Shown: positions 9,791 to 19,799 of the stretch, in pieces
How positions within the stretch are numbered: the first letter of the stretch is position 1
How the letters are laid out: each line of letters opens with the position of its first letter
Assembly (NCBI GenBank): GCA_964501135.1
Contig: CAZCRI010000001.1
Span: 64,393-128,392 of the forward strand
Length of the DNA: 64,000 nt
Source of the DNA: an uncultured Candidatus Saccharibacteria bacterium
Lineage (GTDB): Bacteria > Patescibacteriota > CPR2 > UBA1875 > CAIMLA01
Direction: 5' to 3'
The notes under the pieces: model-generated
Told to the model about the DNA's origin: nothing
Seen by the model: only the letters and a program-made list of their open reading frames with translations
Database searches by the model: none
Program-made: the position numbers and the translations under genes

Positions 9791-10780
9791 ATGGCTAATG
9801 AAAACGAACCAATAGGCGGTTTCGCCGCTTTTTGGAGTAAGTACTCGAAAAAAATTGAAGTAAGCGTAATGGTGTTACTGGGAGTTGTATTACTAGCGGT
9901 TGGCGGTTACTGGTTGTATCAGACACAAGTAGGTCCCGTGAAGAGAGATTACATTGCGACCTTTGATGGCAAAAAAATTACCGACAAGGATCTGAACAAG
10001 TTTATTTACAGTATTACCATGGGTGGGACTCCAGAGAGCCCCGATCTTGCAGACTATAAAGACGTGCCTAAGAGCCAGTTTCTCGACATGTACCTAGAGA
10101 GTTTGGTTCTTGAGCAGGAGAGCAAGAAACTGGGGGTTACAGTAGCGGATAGTGAGCTAGACGCTATGGTTAGCGAGAAATTCCCTTGGATGGAAAAGTC
10201 CAACATTCTCTTGCCAGACGTAAAAAATTATCAGTTGTATCTCGCTCGTAAAGACAAGTTGATGTCCAAAGTGCTAGGCGATAAGTCTGGGTACTGGATT
10301 ATGGCAAGAAACGACCTATATTTGCCAGATACAGGCAAAGAGATTACCCCAGAGAATAAGCAGAAAACAGACGAGCTGAAGACCTATACGGAGAGCTTTA
10401 TAAAAGATGTTTATGCCAAGCTAAGAGCTCGTACTCTCACTATTCAACAAGCAGTGGAGCTGGAAGTGGCTGACGCCAAGATTGGAAAGAACGCTCCCTC
10501 CGAAAACTCCGGTTTGCATAGCTTGTATTTCGATAGCGAAATGTTCAAGGAAAGAGCTGGACTGCTGAGTGACGCCAAGATTTTAGGTTCTATATCTGCG
10601 CTCAAGGCAGGCGAGTACACTGAGCCAGTGCACCTAGTGAATGAAGAGGGCACCGATATTGGTTGGTATATCATCTATATTGAAAAGTCAGACGCTAATC
10701 CTACGGGACAATCTTACGACGAGTGGCTCACAACAAAAAACACGGCTTATGGCGTGAAGACCTATTTGGAGGCAAAATAA
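9791..10780 (+). CDS. SurA_N/PrsA-like chaperone with degenerate parvulin-like C-terminus and an N-terminal signal anchor
   Basis: MANENEPIGGFAAF... N-terminus paralogous to 6398-9307 residues 1-~300. TM segment. The stop TAA overlaps the next ATG (TAATG). Confidence 0.65.
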   Translation: MANENEPIGGFAAFWSKYSKKIEVSVMVLLGVVLLAVGGYWLYQTQVGPVKRDYIATFDGKKITDKDLNKFIYSITMGGTPESPDLADYKDVPKSQFLDMYLESLVLEQESKKLGVTVADSELDAMVSEKFPWMEKSNILLPDVKNYQLYLARKDKLMSKVLGDKSGYWIMARNDLYLPDTGKEITPENKQKTDELKTYTESFIKDVYAKLRARTLTIQQAVELEVADAKIGKNAPSENSGLHSLYFDSEMFKERAGLLSDAKILGSISALKAGEYTEPVHLVNEEGTDIGWYIIYIEKSDANPTGQSYDEWLTTKNTAYGVKTYLEAK

Positions 10781-12897
10781 TGAAGAGTAAATTGTTATCT
10801 AAGGCTTCAATTATAGCGGCGACACTAGTTGTGGCTGCATTTTCGGTGGCAGTTGCATATGCCGCTTGCCCCTCTAGCGCTTCTCAGTCGGACGGAATTA
10901 ATACTCACTCCTCATCATCCCTCGCCGGGCTAATTGTTCAGATAAAGCACAATGATGTTTGGTACAACGACAGCATCACAGTCGCTCAAAAAGCCGGCTA
11001 TAGCGGAGAGTACATCGACTTAGTGAATTCCAGCGGCCAGGTGACCGGAACTACTACCTCAAAGACTTGGGACGCGGGCAGTACCTTCTATATCGCTGGC
11101 CAGAGCACGGCTTGTAAGCTAGATGGAGTTATCTGGATGGGCTATGGATTCTCGAACGCATATGGCAATAAATACGGCCTTGACTGCAAGAGTAGTAGCG
11201 GAACTCACCCAGAATTTAACATCAAAGACAATATTACCACTAGCAGTACTGGATGGTGGAAGTATTATGTCGACTCCAGCGGTGCAGATTTCGTGGAGGC
11301 TTTTAGAGCGTATACCTCAAGACCAAGTGATTCGCTTCTAGACGGTGCCGATAACGATAATCCAGTGGTTCGGTTTACGGTCGTTAACGGTTACACAGCA
11401 CGGGTAGTGCTCAACTATCAGCCTGTTCCTAAGTATACTTTATCTTACAACGCCAACGGTGGGACAGGGGCTCCAGCCAGTCAGAGCGTATTTTCAGGTT
11501 CGTCGACACCAGTGTCTGAGTCTGAGCCTAGCTATACAGGGCATACTTTTACTGGGTGGAAGGATAGCGCGGGTGTTAGTTATGCAAAAAAACAAAGTGT
11601 AACCCTAACTGCTAACAAGACTCTCTATGCCCAGTGGTCAACAGACACCTTCCCCATTACTCCAAGTGTTACGACCGGATGTAACATCAACCCTAACACA
11701 GTCCAGAACGTTAGTTACGGGACAAATTCAGTTGCCTTTACGGGCTCTGCCAACTCTGGTTACAGGTTCGATGGATTATCTGTCGACGGGATTACGACCG
11801 TCTTGGCGACCTCTCCATACATCTTTACAACTGTAACTGCACCTCATACTATAAGGGCCATGTGCACGCCATTAACCTACACTGTAACAATCTCCAAGGC
11901 GGGTACCGGTACTGGTAGCATTTCTCTTACCAGCGGTGCCTTGGTTTCTGGTAGTCTCACTGGGGCAACCTTCCCACGCTCTGGAGTAGTAGGACATGGA
12001 ACTACCTTGGGGATTTCGGCAATTCCAAACGCCACGTCGAGGGCTAGCTGGTCGGGCAACTGTAGTGGTTCTTCGACGGTTGCCGGGGCTACAGTGGTAA
12101 CCTCGCTCGCAAATATTATAGCTAACAAGACGTGTGTAATTACATTTGATCTGGTTGGAACGGTGAGTCCTGTGGTAGAGCTGATTTCTCCAAGTCCAAC
12201 CGAGAACCCAGTGGATACCAATGGCGCAGTAATCCTTGCTACAAACTACACGAAGCTTGAAGCTAGACTCAGGATTCCTGGATATGTGTCAGCTAGCGGA
12301 GGAACTGCGAAGCTTGGGATTACTTATGCCGAGAATAAAGTAGGTGGTATCGCCAAGACAGTACAGGGGAGCGTAACAGGTCTCTCTTCGGAAGGTGCGA
12401 TTAGCTTGATAGTTGACGCCAGCGATTTAGTAGCTGGACAGGTATATATCTGGGACGCATTTGGTCAGGTTGTTGACGGAAGTCCTCAGGGTACCAACGG
12501 ATTTAGCGTTTCGAAAGATGAAGTAGAGAGCGCAGAACAATGGAAATTCATCTATCGAGTAGGAGGCACCGAAGGTGGCGGTGGCGGGGAAGTCGAAAAC
12601 TTCTCATGCAAGGTAGTTCCTAGCAGCGGTACCACAGGGCTACCAGTAGGAATCTCAATCAATGGAGCCCCGGTTGAAACTACCACATACGTAGTGACTA
12701 CTGGCGACGGTAATACATTCGATGTCTTAGGGAAAGACTTGCCGTACTACTACAGCTATGACACAGTCGGATCATACACTGTTGGGGTGGCTCTCAAGAC
12801 TGGGACTGCCTCTGGCTTGCCTTGTTCCACGACCATTCAGGTTAACGCGGGCACCGATGGGGGTGGCGGCAGCGAAGTATTAACGAACCAGAATTGA
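10780..12897 (+). CDS. Secreted surface protein with a signal peptide, a Flg_new (Listeria-Bacteroides) repeat, divergent InlB B-repeats and the shared C-terminal module
   Basis: GGAGG RBS. Signal peptide MKSKLLSKASIIAATLVVAAFSVAVAYA. YTLSYNANGG...YTGHTFTGWKD...TLYAQW matches the Flg_new pattern. YTVTISKAGTGTGSIS...WSGNCSG matches the InlB B-repeat pattern. The C-terminal ~310 aa are identical to 6398-9307. Confidence 0.7.
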   Translation: MKSKLLSKASIIAATLVVAAFSVAVAYAACPSSASQSDGINTHSSSSLAGLIVQIKHNDVWYNDSITVAQKAGYSGEYIDLVNSSGQVTGTTTSKTWDAGSTFYIAGQSTACKLDGVIWMGYGFSNAYGNKYGLDCKSSSGTHPEFNIKDNITTSSTGWWKYYVDSSGADFVEAFRAYTSRPSDSLLDGADNDNPVVRFTVVNGYTARVVLNYQPVPKYTLSYNANGGTGAPASQSVFSGSSTPVSESEPSYTGHTFTGWKDSAGVSYAKKQSVTLTANKTLYAQWSTDTFPITPSVTTGCNINPNTVQNVSYGTNSVAFTGSANSGYRFDGLSVDGITTVLATSPYIFTTVTAPHTIRAMCTPLTYTVTISKAGTGTGSISLTSGALVSGSLTGATFPRSGVVGHGTTLGISAIPNATSRASWSGNCSGSSTVAGATVVTSLANIIANKTCVITFDLVGTVSPVVELISPSPTENPVDTNGAVILATNYTKLEARLRIPGYVSASGGTAKLGITYAENKVGGIAKTVQGSVTGLSSEGAISLIVDASDLVAGQVYIWDAFGQVVDGSPQGTNGFSVSKDEVESAEQWKFIYRVGGTEGGGGGEVENFSCKVVPSSGTTGLPVGISINGAPVETTTYVVTTGDGNTFDVLGKDLPYYYSYDTVGSYTVGVALKTGTASGLPCSTTIQVNAGTDGGGGSEVLTNQN

Positions 12898-13177
12898 TTA
12901 TTCCAAAGGAGATAGTAGGCATGAAGAATATATCGTTAAAATGGGTAATTATTGGGAGCTTGGTACTTTTGGTTATTGCCGCCGCTGGGGTAGCGACCTA
13001 TGTTTGGACAAATGGCGAGCTGAAAGCGAAAAATACAACCACCACGACCACCAAGGCAACCACGAAGAAACTGAAAACAAATACTTCAAAGGTGGAGTCA
13101 ACGAATACAGTAACAGTACCAGCAACTGCAGTGGATGCCAGTGGTGACGTCGACCTTTCAAAACTAAGGTAGGCAGC
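11971..13177 (+). repeat. 1.2-kb direct repeat, copy 2
   Basis: 100% identical to 8381-9587. Confidence 0.85.
12921..13172 (+). CDS. Small single-pass membrane protein with a Thr/Lys-rich tail (copy 2)
   Basis: Identical to 9331-9582. Confidence 0.45.
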   Translation: MKNISLKWVIIGSLVLLVIAAAGVATYVWTNGELKAKNTTTTTTKATTKKLKTNTSKVESTNTVTVPATAVDASGDVDLSKLR

Positions 13178-13239
13178 CCGGTAACAGTTAACAAGACCCG
13201 GTATTTGTAATAAAATAGATTGAGGAAGAGGAATAGAAC

Positions 13240-14271
13240 TTGGGATTATTTGGAGGCGAAACAGATTTTATAGGAGTTGACATTGGGAGCACGGCTGTGC
13301 GCCTGGTTCAGCTTAGAAAGACCATGGGTAAATACAACCTAGTGGCTTTTGGTAGTGCTCAGTTGCCACCAAGCATCTCTCAGAGTGATTCCAAGCTGGA
13401 TATGCAGGCTCTGGCTCAGGTAATTAAGAAGTTGGTAAAGACCTCAAAGATATCGACCAAGAATGTAGTTGCTTCGCTTTCTGGCTCATCCATTTTTACT
13501 ACCGTAGTGAAGTTGCCACCAATGGAAAAGAGCGAGATTGCCAAGGCGATAAAATATCAGGCGGAGCAAAATATTCCTCTGAAGGCGGAAGATGCGCAGT
13601 ATGACTGGCAAGTGGTGCGAGAGAATCCTACCACCAAAGAGGTAGCCGTGATGATTGTAGCTGCCCCGAAGGTGAAAACTGACCGTACGATAGAACTCTT
13701 TGAGATGGCAGATATGGATGTGATTTACCTGGAGACCAACGGAATTGCTGTGGCGCGTTCCCTAATCTCTGGCTCCGAACCACTAGTAATGGTAGTTGAC
13801 ATGGGGGCCACCACTACCGAACTTACTATTGTAGAGAACGGCGTTGTTTCTCATGTTCGTACCGTAAACTCAGCTGGGTATGCCCTGACTCGCGTGATTG
13901 CCCAAAACTTAGGTCTAGACAACACTCAGTCCGAGCAATTCAAGCGCAAATTTGGTCTTTCTCAGGATAAACTCGAGGGTCAGGTGTTCCGTACAATGCA
14001 ACCAATTCTTTCTACAATTACCGAAGAGATTGAGCGCTCGGTAAAGTTTTACGCTGAACAGTATGGCAGTAGTGTTACCAAGATTATACTGACCGGTGGC
14101 ACAGCCCGTATGCCTGAACTGGGCAACTATATCAAGGCCACCCTAGGGCTAGAGGTTTCTTATGGTAACCCCTGGGTAAATGTTATTGCAAATGCCGATG
14201 TAACAGAAAAGCTAAACCAGAATGCACCAGAGTTTGCGGTTGCTGTTGGCTTGGCAATGAGGGAGAACTAG
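13240..14271 (+). CDS. pilM: Type IV pilus assembly protein PilM (actin-like ATPase fold)
   Basis: 343 aa. IGVDIGSTAVRLVQL is an actin-like phosphate-1 motif. First gene of the pilMNO block. Confidence 0.85.
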   Translation: MGLFGGETDFIGVDIGSTAVRLVQLRKTMGKYNLVAFGSAQLPPSISQSDSKLDMQALAQVIKKLVKTSKISTKNVVASLSGSSIFTTVVKLPPMEKSEIAKAIKYQAEQNIPLKAEDAQYDWQVVRENPTTKEVAVMIVAAPKVKTDRTIELFEMADMDVIYLETNGIAVARSLISGSEPLVMVVDMGATTTELTIVENGVVSHVRTVNSAGYALTRVIAQNLGLDNTQSEQFKRKFGLSQDKLEGQVFRTMQPILSTITEEIERSVKFYAEQYGSSVTKIILTGGTARMPELGNYIKATLGLEVSYGNPWVNVIANADVTEKLNQNAPEFAVAVGLAMREN

Positions 14272-14829
14272 ATGAGTAAGATTAACCTGATCCCAGAGGT
14301 TCGCCAAAAGAAGATTAAGATTGCGCAGACCAATAAGATGGTTACTTCGGCCGCGATTGTGCTCGGTATTGCAACTGTTGCGGCGGTGATGTCTCTGGCC
14401 GCATATGCTGCAGTACTGACAACCCAAAAAAGCCTGATTGAAAAGGATATTACTAAAGTCCAGGATAGCCTTGATACCATGAAGGACCTTGAAACTACAG
14501 TTTCGAATCTCGAGAACGGTCTATCAAACATAAAAGGGATTATTAATGGCGGCAAGGATTGGAACAACCTGCTGGGACATTTTGAAAAATTCACACCTTC
14601 CGATATTCAGATCACAAACTTCGCGGTTGATGGCGGTCGGGTTTCGTTATCTCTAAAAGGTAAAGAAGTTAAATCGATCGATCGCTTTATTACTTCTTTT
14701 TCTAACGCTAAGGATCCAGACAATCAAAATTACTTTACCGACGTAGTGGTCAGCGGCTACAGCAAGGACGAGACTATCGGAGTAACATTTTCAGCGAAAT
14801 TTAATTTGAACGAGGCGGTGGTATGGTAA
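14272..14829 (+). CDS. pilN: Type IV pilus assembly protein PilN
   Basis: Starts MSKINLIPEV..., has a single N-terminal TM helix, and follows pilM. Confidence 0.7.
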   Translation: MSKINLIPEVRQKKIKIAQTNKMVTSAAIVLGIATVAAVMSLAAYAAVLTTQKSLIEKDITKVQDSLDTMKDLETTVSNLENGLSNIKGIINGGKDWNNLLGHFEKFTPSDIQITNFAVDGGRVSLSLKGKEVKSIDRFITSFSNAKDPDNQNYFTDVVVSGYSKDETIGVTFSAKFNLNEAVVW

Positions 14830-15380
14830 AAGATCAAGTAATTAAGTACAACTACGCCGTTATAGTTGCTTCAGGTGCCGCCGTAGCATTACTACTAGCT
14901 GGTATTTTTATCGTAAAGCCACTTCTTGAGACGGTTGGTAAAATGGACAAGGAAAAGCAGGCAAAGTCGGCGACACTAGCTGAAATGAAGAAACGAGAGA
15001 GTGTTCTCTTGGGGCTCAAGGATCAGGAAGACCAGCTGACAAAAGATTCCGAAACTATTACGAATGCTTTGCCTACTCAGGCAGACATTGGGAGGCTATT
15101 TATTCAGCTCGATACTCTCGCCAAAGATAGTGGGGGCACCCTAAAGTCGGTATCTCAAACCAATACACAGGCGCCGGCAAAAAGCACCTTTAGTGGTGTT
15201 GCCGAGAATACATATTCTATTCCAGTGGAAATGCCGACTTACTTTGCGCTTAAGCAGTTTATAGCTAACTCCAAAGATGCTCTGAGGTTACTTTCTATCG
15301 AAAATTTGAAGATTAGCTCTACTGAGGCCGGGCAACTTTCGGTAAGTATTACCGCTAAATCTTATGCGAGGACAAAGTGA
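14823..15380 (+). CDS. pilO: Type IV pilus assembly protein PilO-like
   Basis: N-terminal TM, a coiled-coil region and a C-terminal globular region. Synteny between pilN and pilB. Confidence 0.6.
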   Translation: MVKDQVIKYNYAVIVASGAAVALLLAGIFIVKPLLETVGKMDKEKQAKSATLAEMKKRESVLLGLKDQEDQLTKDSETITNALPTQADIGRLFIQLDTLAKDSGGTLKSVSQTNTQAPAKSTFSGVAENTYSIPVEMPTYFALKQFIANSKDALRLLSIENLKISSTEAGQLSVSITAKSYARTK

Positions 15381-15640
15381 TGACGAAAAAAGAGATAGGT
15401 CTAGCCGCAGTTTCTGGCGTGGTGCTAATAGCAGCCGTTTACTTTATGTATACTATGCTCTTTCCTAAAGCAACGTCTGTAAAGAGCACTAAAAAAACTA
15501 CAGGTACACAGAGTGAAACAAACACGATTACCGGGAACTTCGATGAAGAGACGCTAAGTAAAATTAAGAAATACAAGGACTACGGGGAGGCATCGCTTGA
15601 CAATATAGGTCGAGTAAATCCATTTGGTCCCCTGAACTAG
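15377..15640 (+). CDS. Small membrane-anchored protein (PilP-like position); hypothetical
   Basis: 87 aa with an N-terminal TM. The gene is translationally coupled within the pilus operon. Confidence 0.35.
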   Translation: MMTKKEIGLAAVSGVVLIAAVYFMYTMLFPKATSVKSTKKTTGTQSETNTITGNFDEETLSKIKKYKDYGEASLDNIGRVNPFGPLN

Positions 15641-15642
15641 AA

Positions 15643-17412
15643 GTGTATACCAAAGACGAGCAAAAATTTGAGGATGTACTAGCACAACTCAAGTTGATTA
15701 CGCCTGAGCAGATTGATTTGGTCAAAATAGAAAGCGCACGTTCGGGGAAAACCTTCGAAGATGTGCTCTCTGATATGAAAATCATCTCCTTGGAGAATAT
15801 TGTGAAGGCCTCTGCGGTCAGCCGCGGTCTTGCTTATGTTGATCTTACTAAGTTCAAGGTAGACAGCGCGGTTCTGAAATATATCCCAAAGGATCTGTCA
15901 GAAAAATTTCAGGCAGTACCTTTTGGTATCTCTGATAATAAGATCAACGTCGCCATGATTGATCCGAATAACGTACAAGCGATAGATTTTATCGAAAAGA
16001 AGAGCAAGATGACGGCCGCAGCATATATGGCTTCTGCAGAGAGTATTCGCAACGTTCTTGATCAATATCAAGACATCAGCTCTGAAGTAAGTAGAGATTT
16101 AGGTGGAAGCCAATCGGATACCGCAGCCGACAAAAACGCAGGCTCTGCCGACAATGAAAACAACTTGATTCAAGACGCACCAGTAACTAGGGCGGTAAAC
16201 ACAATCCTAGATTATGCGGCACGTTCCAAGGCTTCTGATATCCACATTGAGCCTCGAGAGAAAACGGTGAAAGTTCGGTATCGAGTGGACGGTATTTTGC
16301 ATGATGAGATGAACCTGCCCCTCCATATACACCCTGCTCTAGTATCTCGCATCAAGATTCTTTCGAACATGAAGATAGACGAACACCGAGTCCCACAGGA
16401 TGGTAGATTCGACTTAAAAAGCGCCGGCAAGGACATTGACCTTCGTGTTTCAATTTCTCCCACAATTTATGGCGAGAAAATCGTAATTCGTTTACTTGAT
16501 AAGAGTGGTGGACTAATAACACTGGATGACCTCGGTATTTATGGACGAGCGTTCAAGATTATTTCGGCCGGCGCCAAGCGACCACACGGAATGGTCCTCT
16601 CTACTGGTCCTACCGGCTCTGGTAAAACTACTACCTTGTACGCCCTCCTCAATAAAATGAATAGACCAGAGGTAAATATCGTTACCCTCGAGGACCCGGT
16701 TGAGTACCAGGTAGATGGTGTAAATCAAATACAGATAAATAATGGTGTGGGCCTCACCTTTGCTTCAGGTCTCAGGTCTATCCTGCGTCAGGATCCAAAT
16801 ATCATAATGGTTGGTGAAATTCGTGATGCGGAAACGGCTAATTTGGCCGTTCAATCGGCCCTTACTGGACATACTGTGCTATCTACGCTCCATACCAACA
16901 GTGCGTCTGGGGTACTACCTCGTCTACTTGATATGGAAATTGAGCCCTTCTTGATTGCTAGTACAGTCAGTACTGTTATTGGGCAGAGACTAGTGCGTAA
17001 GATTTGTCCATCTTGTAAGGAAGCGTACGAAGCTCCGGAGAACCTGGCTCAGGCTATTAGAAAGACGGTTGGTAAGTATCTACCGAGCAAAGTCCATCCA
17101 GATAAGGCAAAGGAGGATATGGTTGGATATACAGGGCTACCATTTGCTGAAGACACAAAGATAACTCTTTACAGAGGTAAGGGGTGTGATCAATGTATGA
17201 ATACTGGTTATCTCGGTCGAATCGGTATCTTTGAGGTTTTTGCGATGTCTCCGGTGATGGAGAAGCTACTCCAGCAGCATGCAACGACGCTAGATATCCA
17301 AAATCAAGCAATTTCCGAAGGAATGGTAACGATGAGAGAAGATGGTTTTCTGAAGGCTCTCACCGGTGTTACCAGTATTGAAGAAGTTGTTGCGAAAGCC
17401 GCCGAAAATTAG
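15643..17412 (+). CDS. pilB: Type IV pilus assembly ATPase PilB (GspE family)
   Basis: GTG start. T2SSE_N-like N-domain. Walker A motif GPTGSGKTTT. Tetracysteine motif CPSCK...CDQC. Confidence 0.9.
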   Translation: MYTKDEQKFEDVLAQLKLITPEQIDLVKIESARSGKTFEDVLSDMKIISLENIVKASAVSRGLAYVDLTKFKVDSAVLKYIPKDLSEKFQAVPFGISDNKINVAMIDPNNVQAIDFIEKKSKMTAAAYMASAESIRNVLDQYQDISSEVSRDLGGSQSDTAADKNAGSADNENNLIQDAPVTRAVNTILDYAARSKASDIHIEPREKTVKVRYRVDGILHDEMNLPLHIHPALVSRIKILSNMKIDEHRVPQDGRFDLKSAGKDIDLRVSISPTIYGEKIVIRLLDKSGGLITLDDLGIYGRAFKIISAGAKRPHGMVLSTGPTGSGKTTTLYALLNKMNRPEVNIVTLEDPVEYQVDGVNQIQINNGVGLTFASGLRSILRQDPNIIMVGEIRDAETANLAVQSALTGHTVLSTLHTNSASGVLPRLLDMEIEPFLIASTVSTVIGQRLVRKICPSCKEAYEAPENLAQAIRKTVGKYLPSKVHPDKAKEDMVGYTGLPFAEDTKITLYRGKGCDQCMNTGYLGRIGIFEVFAMSPVMEKLLQQHATTLDIQNQAISEGMVTMREDGFLKALTGVTSIEEVVAKAAEN

Positions 17413-17475
17413 GACCTATTTCCTAGATAGTAATCATATATTCTGTTATGATAATAGCAGAATGCAGGAGGGAAG

Positions 17476-18540
17476 ATGCCGGAACTAAAAATTGAAACTC
17501 TACTAGAAGAAGTAGTAAAAAAGAATGCCTCGGACTTACACCTGACAGTTGGTGCTAGTCCAATATTGCGTATTGATGGTGCTATTTCCCCAATGACTCA
17601 GTTTCCGGCCCTTGACGAGAAAGACATTGAACAGCTGATTTTTTCGGTAGTTGACGATATACAGAAAGATATTCTTCTGAAAGACAAGGAAGTGGACTTC
17701 TCTTTTGCCTTTGGTGACATTGCTCGTTTTCGTGCAAATGCTTACCACCAGAAAGGTAACGTTGGGTTAGCGCTCCGCTTAATTCCAGCAAAGATCAAAA
17801 GTACCGAAGAGTTGGGGCTTCCTCAGATTATAAATAATTTTACAGATATTCCACGAGGATTGGTCCTAGTCACCGGTCCTACCGGCTCTGGTAAATCTAC
17901 CACCCTGGCCGCAATGATTGACCGAATCAATATAGGCAAAGGGATGCACATCATCACAATCGAAGACCCAATCGAGTACACTCATAGTCATAAGAAATCT
18001 ATTATTGAGCAACGTGAAGTTCATTATGATACTAGATCGTTCTCGGCAGCGCTTCGTAGTGCTCTTCGCGAAGATCCAGACGTTGTTCTTATCGGAGAGA
18101 TGCGTGACCTGGAGACTATTTCGGCGGCGATTACTATCGCTGAAACGGGACACTTGGTCCTAGCTACTCTACACACAAATAATGCAGCACAGTCTATTGA
18201 TCGTATGATTGATGTCTTTCCTCCTTACCAACAGCAGCAAGTCCGTGTACAGCTCTCCAATATTCTGCAGGGTGTGGTTTCTCAACGTCTAGTACCAACG
18301 ATTGGTGGCGGACGCCAAGCTGTGGCGGAAATTATGGTAAGTACGCCTGCCGTGCGTAATATCATTCGTGAAGGTAAGACACATCAGCTTGATGCGGTAA
18401 TCCAGACAAGCGCAGATCAGGGTATGATCTCTATGGATAAGGCTCTGGTTTCTGCGGTTAAGTCAGGTACTATTACCTCGGAGGAGGCGCGCGGTTATTG
18501 TATCGACCCTTCTGAGTTTGAGCGATTGATGCACGGTTAA
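17476..18540 (+). CDS. pilT: Twitching motility (retraction) ATPase PilT
   Basis: Walker A motif GPTGSGKSTT, the ~350-aa length typical of PilT, and the AIRNLIREGK motif. Confidence 0.9.
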   Translation: MPELKIETLLEEVVKKNASDLHLTVGASPILRIDGAISPMTQFPALDEKDIEQLIFSVVDDIQKDILLKDKEVDFSFAFGDIARFRANAYHQKGNVGLALRLIPAKIKSTEELGLPQIINNFTDIPRGLVLVTGPTGSGKSTTLAAMIDRINIGKGMHIITIEDPIEYTHSHKKSIIEQREVHYDTRSFSAALRSALREDPDVVLIGEMRDLETISAAITIAETGHLVLATLHTNNAAQSIDRMIDVFPPYQQQQVRVQLSNILQGVVSQRLVPTIGGGRQAVAEIMVSTPAVRNIIREGKTHQLDAVIQTSADQGMISMDKALVSAVKSGTITSEEARGYCIDPSEFERLMHG

Positions 18541-18551
18541 GTGAGTGAAAA

Positions 18552-19745
18552 ATGATTACATTTAGTTATAAAGCGAAAAATAGTGACGGCGAGTTTGTCA
18601 AAGGGCAGATAGAGGCGCAGAACGAGTCGGCAGCAGCGAAGGTTCTCAGCGGCAAGAAGCTATACCCGATTGAAATCTCTATGCAGCAAGAGGCCGGACT
18701 CACGATTTTCAACCGTGTGAGCATGAAGGAGAAGCTGCTCTTTACTAGGCAGCTTTCGGCGACGCTTTCGGCCGGCCTCCCGATTACTCAGGCTCTCGAG
18801 ACCATAGCGGAACAAACTAGGGCAAAGGCTCTGCAGCAGATTATTGCTAAAATTGTAGGTGACGTCGAAGGTGGTATGTCGCTATCATCATCCTTTTCTC
18901 GCTTCCCACAGGTATTTACTCGCATCGACATTGCTCTTGTAGAGTCAGGAGAGGCTAGCGGTACTTTGGATAAGGTGCTGATTCGGCTCGCTGATAGTAT
19001 TGAAAAAGACTACAAAATGCTCAAGAAGGTTCGTAGTGCACTAGCGTACCCACTTTTTATCCTTGGAGTGGTAGCAATCGTTGTGACTCTGATGACCGTG
19101 TATGTAATGCCACAAATGGAGAAGCTGTACAAGGACTTTAACTCTGACCTACCGGCAATTACTCGGTCACTTTTGGCGACGAGTCATTTCCTGGCGAATT
19201 ATGGGGTATTTGTCATTTTCGCAATTGTAATGGCTGCAGTATTTTTGCGTTTTTACCTTACTACAAAACCAGGGCGATACATTTGGGATAACGTACGTTT
19301 GAAGCTTCCGATCTTGGCGCCATTCCTTAGAAGTCTTTATGCAGCAAGGTTTTCGCGAACCATGGCAGGGCTCGTAGGCTCGGGTGTCTCCTTGCTGGAC
19401 TCTCTTAACATTACCGCTAGTGCAGTCGGTAATGTGGTCGTAGCCGAGGCAATTTATGAAGCGGCAAAAGAGGTTAAAGGAGGCAAGCCCCTATCAAAGC
19501 CGCTCCGTGATAGCGGTGTCTTTTCGCCAATTGTGCCGCAGATGGTCAGTGTGGGAGAACAGACTGGAGAGATGGATGCGATGTTTAGTAATCTCGCTGA
19601 TTACTTTGACGACGAGGTAGACAACTTTATCCGTAGTATCACCAGCATCCTGGAGCCATTTATTATTGTAATCATGGGTAGTATCGTTGCGGTTATCCTG
19701 GTCGCCGTGATGATGCCAGTTTATAACATCGGTAAGATTTTCTAG
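18552..19745 (+). CDS. pilC: Type IV pilus inner-membrane platform protein PilC (GspF family)
   Basis: 397 aa with duplicated GspF domains and 3-4 TM helices. Confidence 0.9.
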   Translation: MITFSYKAKNSDGEFVKGQIEAQNESAAAKVLSGKKLYPIEISMQQEAGLTIFNRVSMKEKLLFTRQLSATLSAGLPITQALETIAEQTRAKALQQIIAKIVGDVEGGMSLSSSFSRFPQVFTRIDIALVESGEASGTLDKVLIRLADSIEKDYKMLKKVRSALAYPLFILGVVAIVVTLMTVYVMPQMEKLYKDFNSDLPAITRSLLATSHFLANYGVFVIFAIVMAAVFLRFYLTTKPGRYIWDNVRLKLPILAPFLRSLYAARFSRTMAGLVGSGVSLLDSLNITASAVGNVVVAEAIYEAAKEVKGGKPLSKPLRDSGVFSPIVPQMVSVGEQTGEMDAMFSNLADYFDDEVDNFIRSITSILEPFIIVIMGSIVAVILVAVMMPVYNIGKIF

Positions 19746-19799
19746 CTTGACACTCGGGTAGTTAGTTTTATACTTATAAGTAATAACAACGGAGGGAAA

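Larger units (their letters stand above)
9647..9862 (+). repeat. Diverged 5' duplicated block, copy B of 2
   Basis: Paralogous to 6255-6470. Confidence 0.6.

Noticed and set aside
8381-13177. The 1.2-kb perfect direct repeat as an insertion sequence or transposon.
   Set aside because: It encodes the C-terminal half of a surface protein plus a small membrane protein. There is no transposase. There are no terminal inverted repeats.
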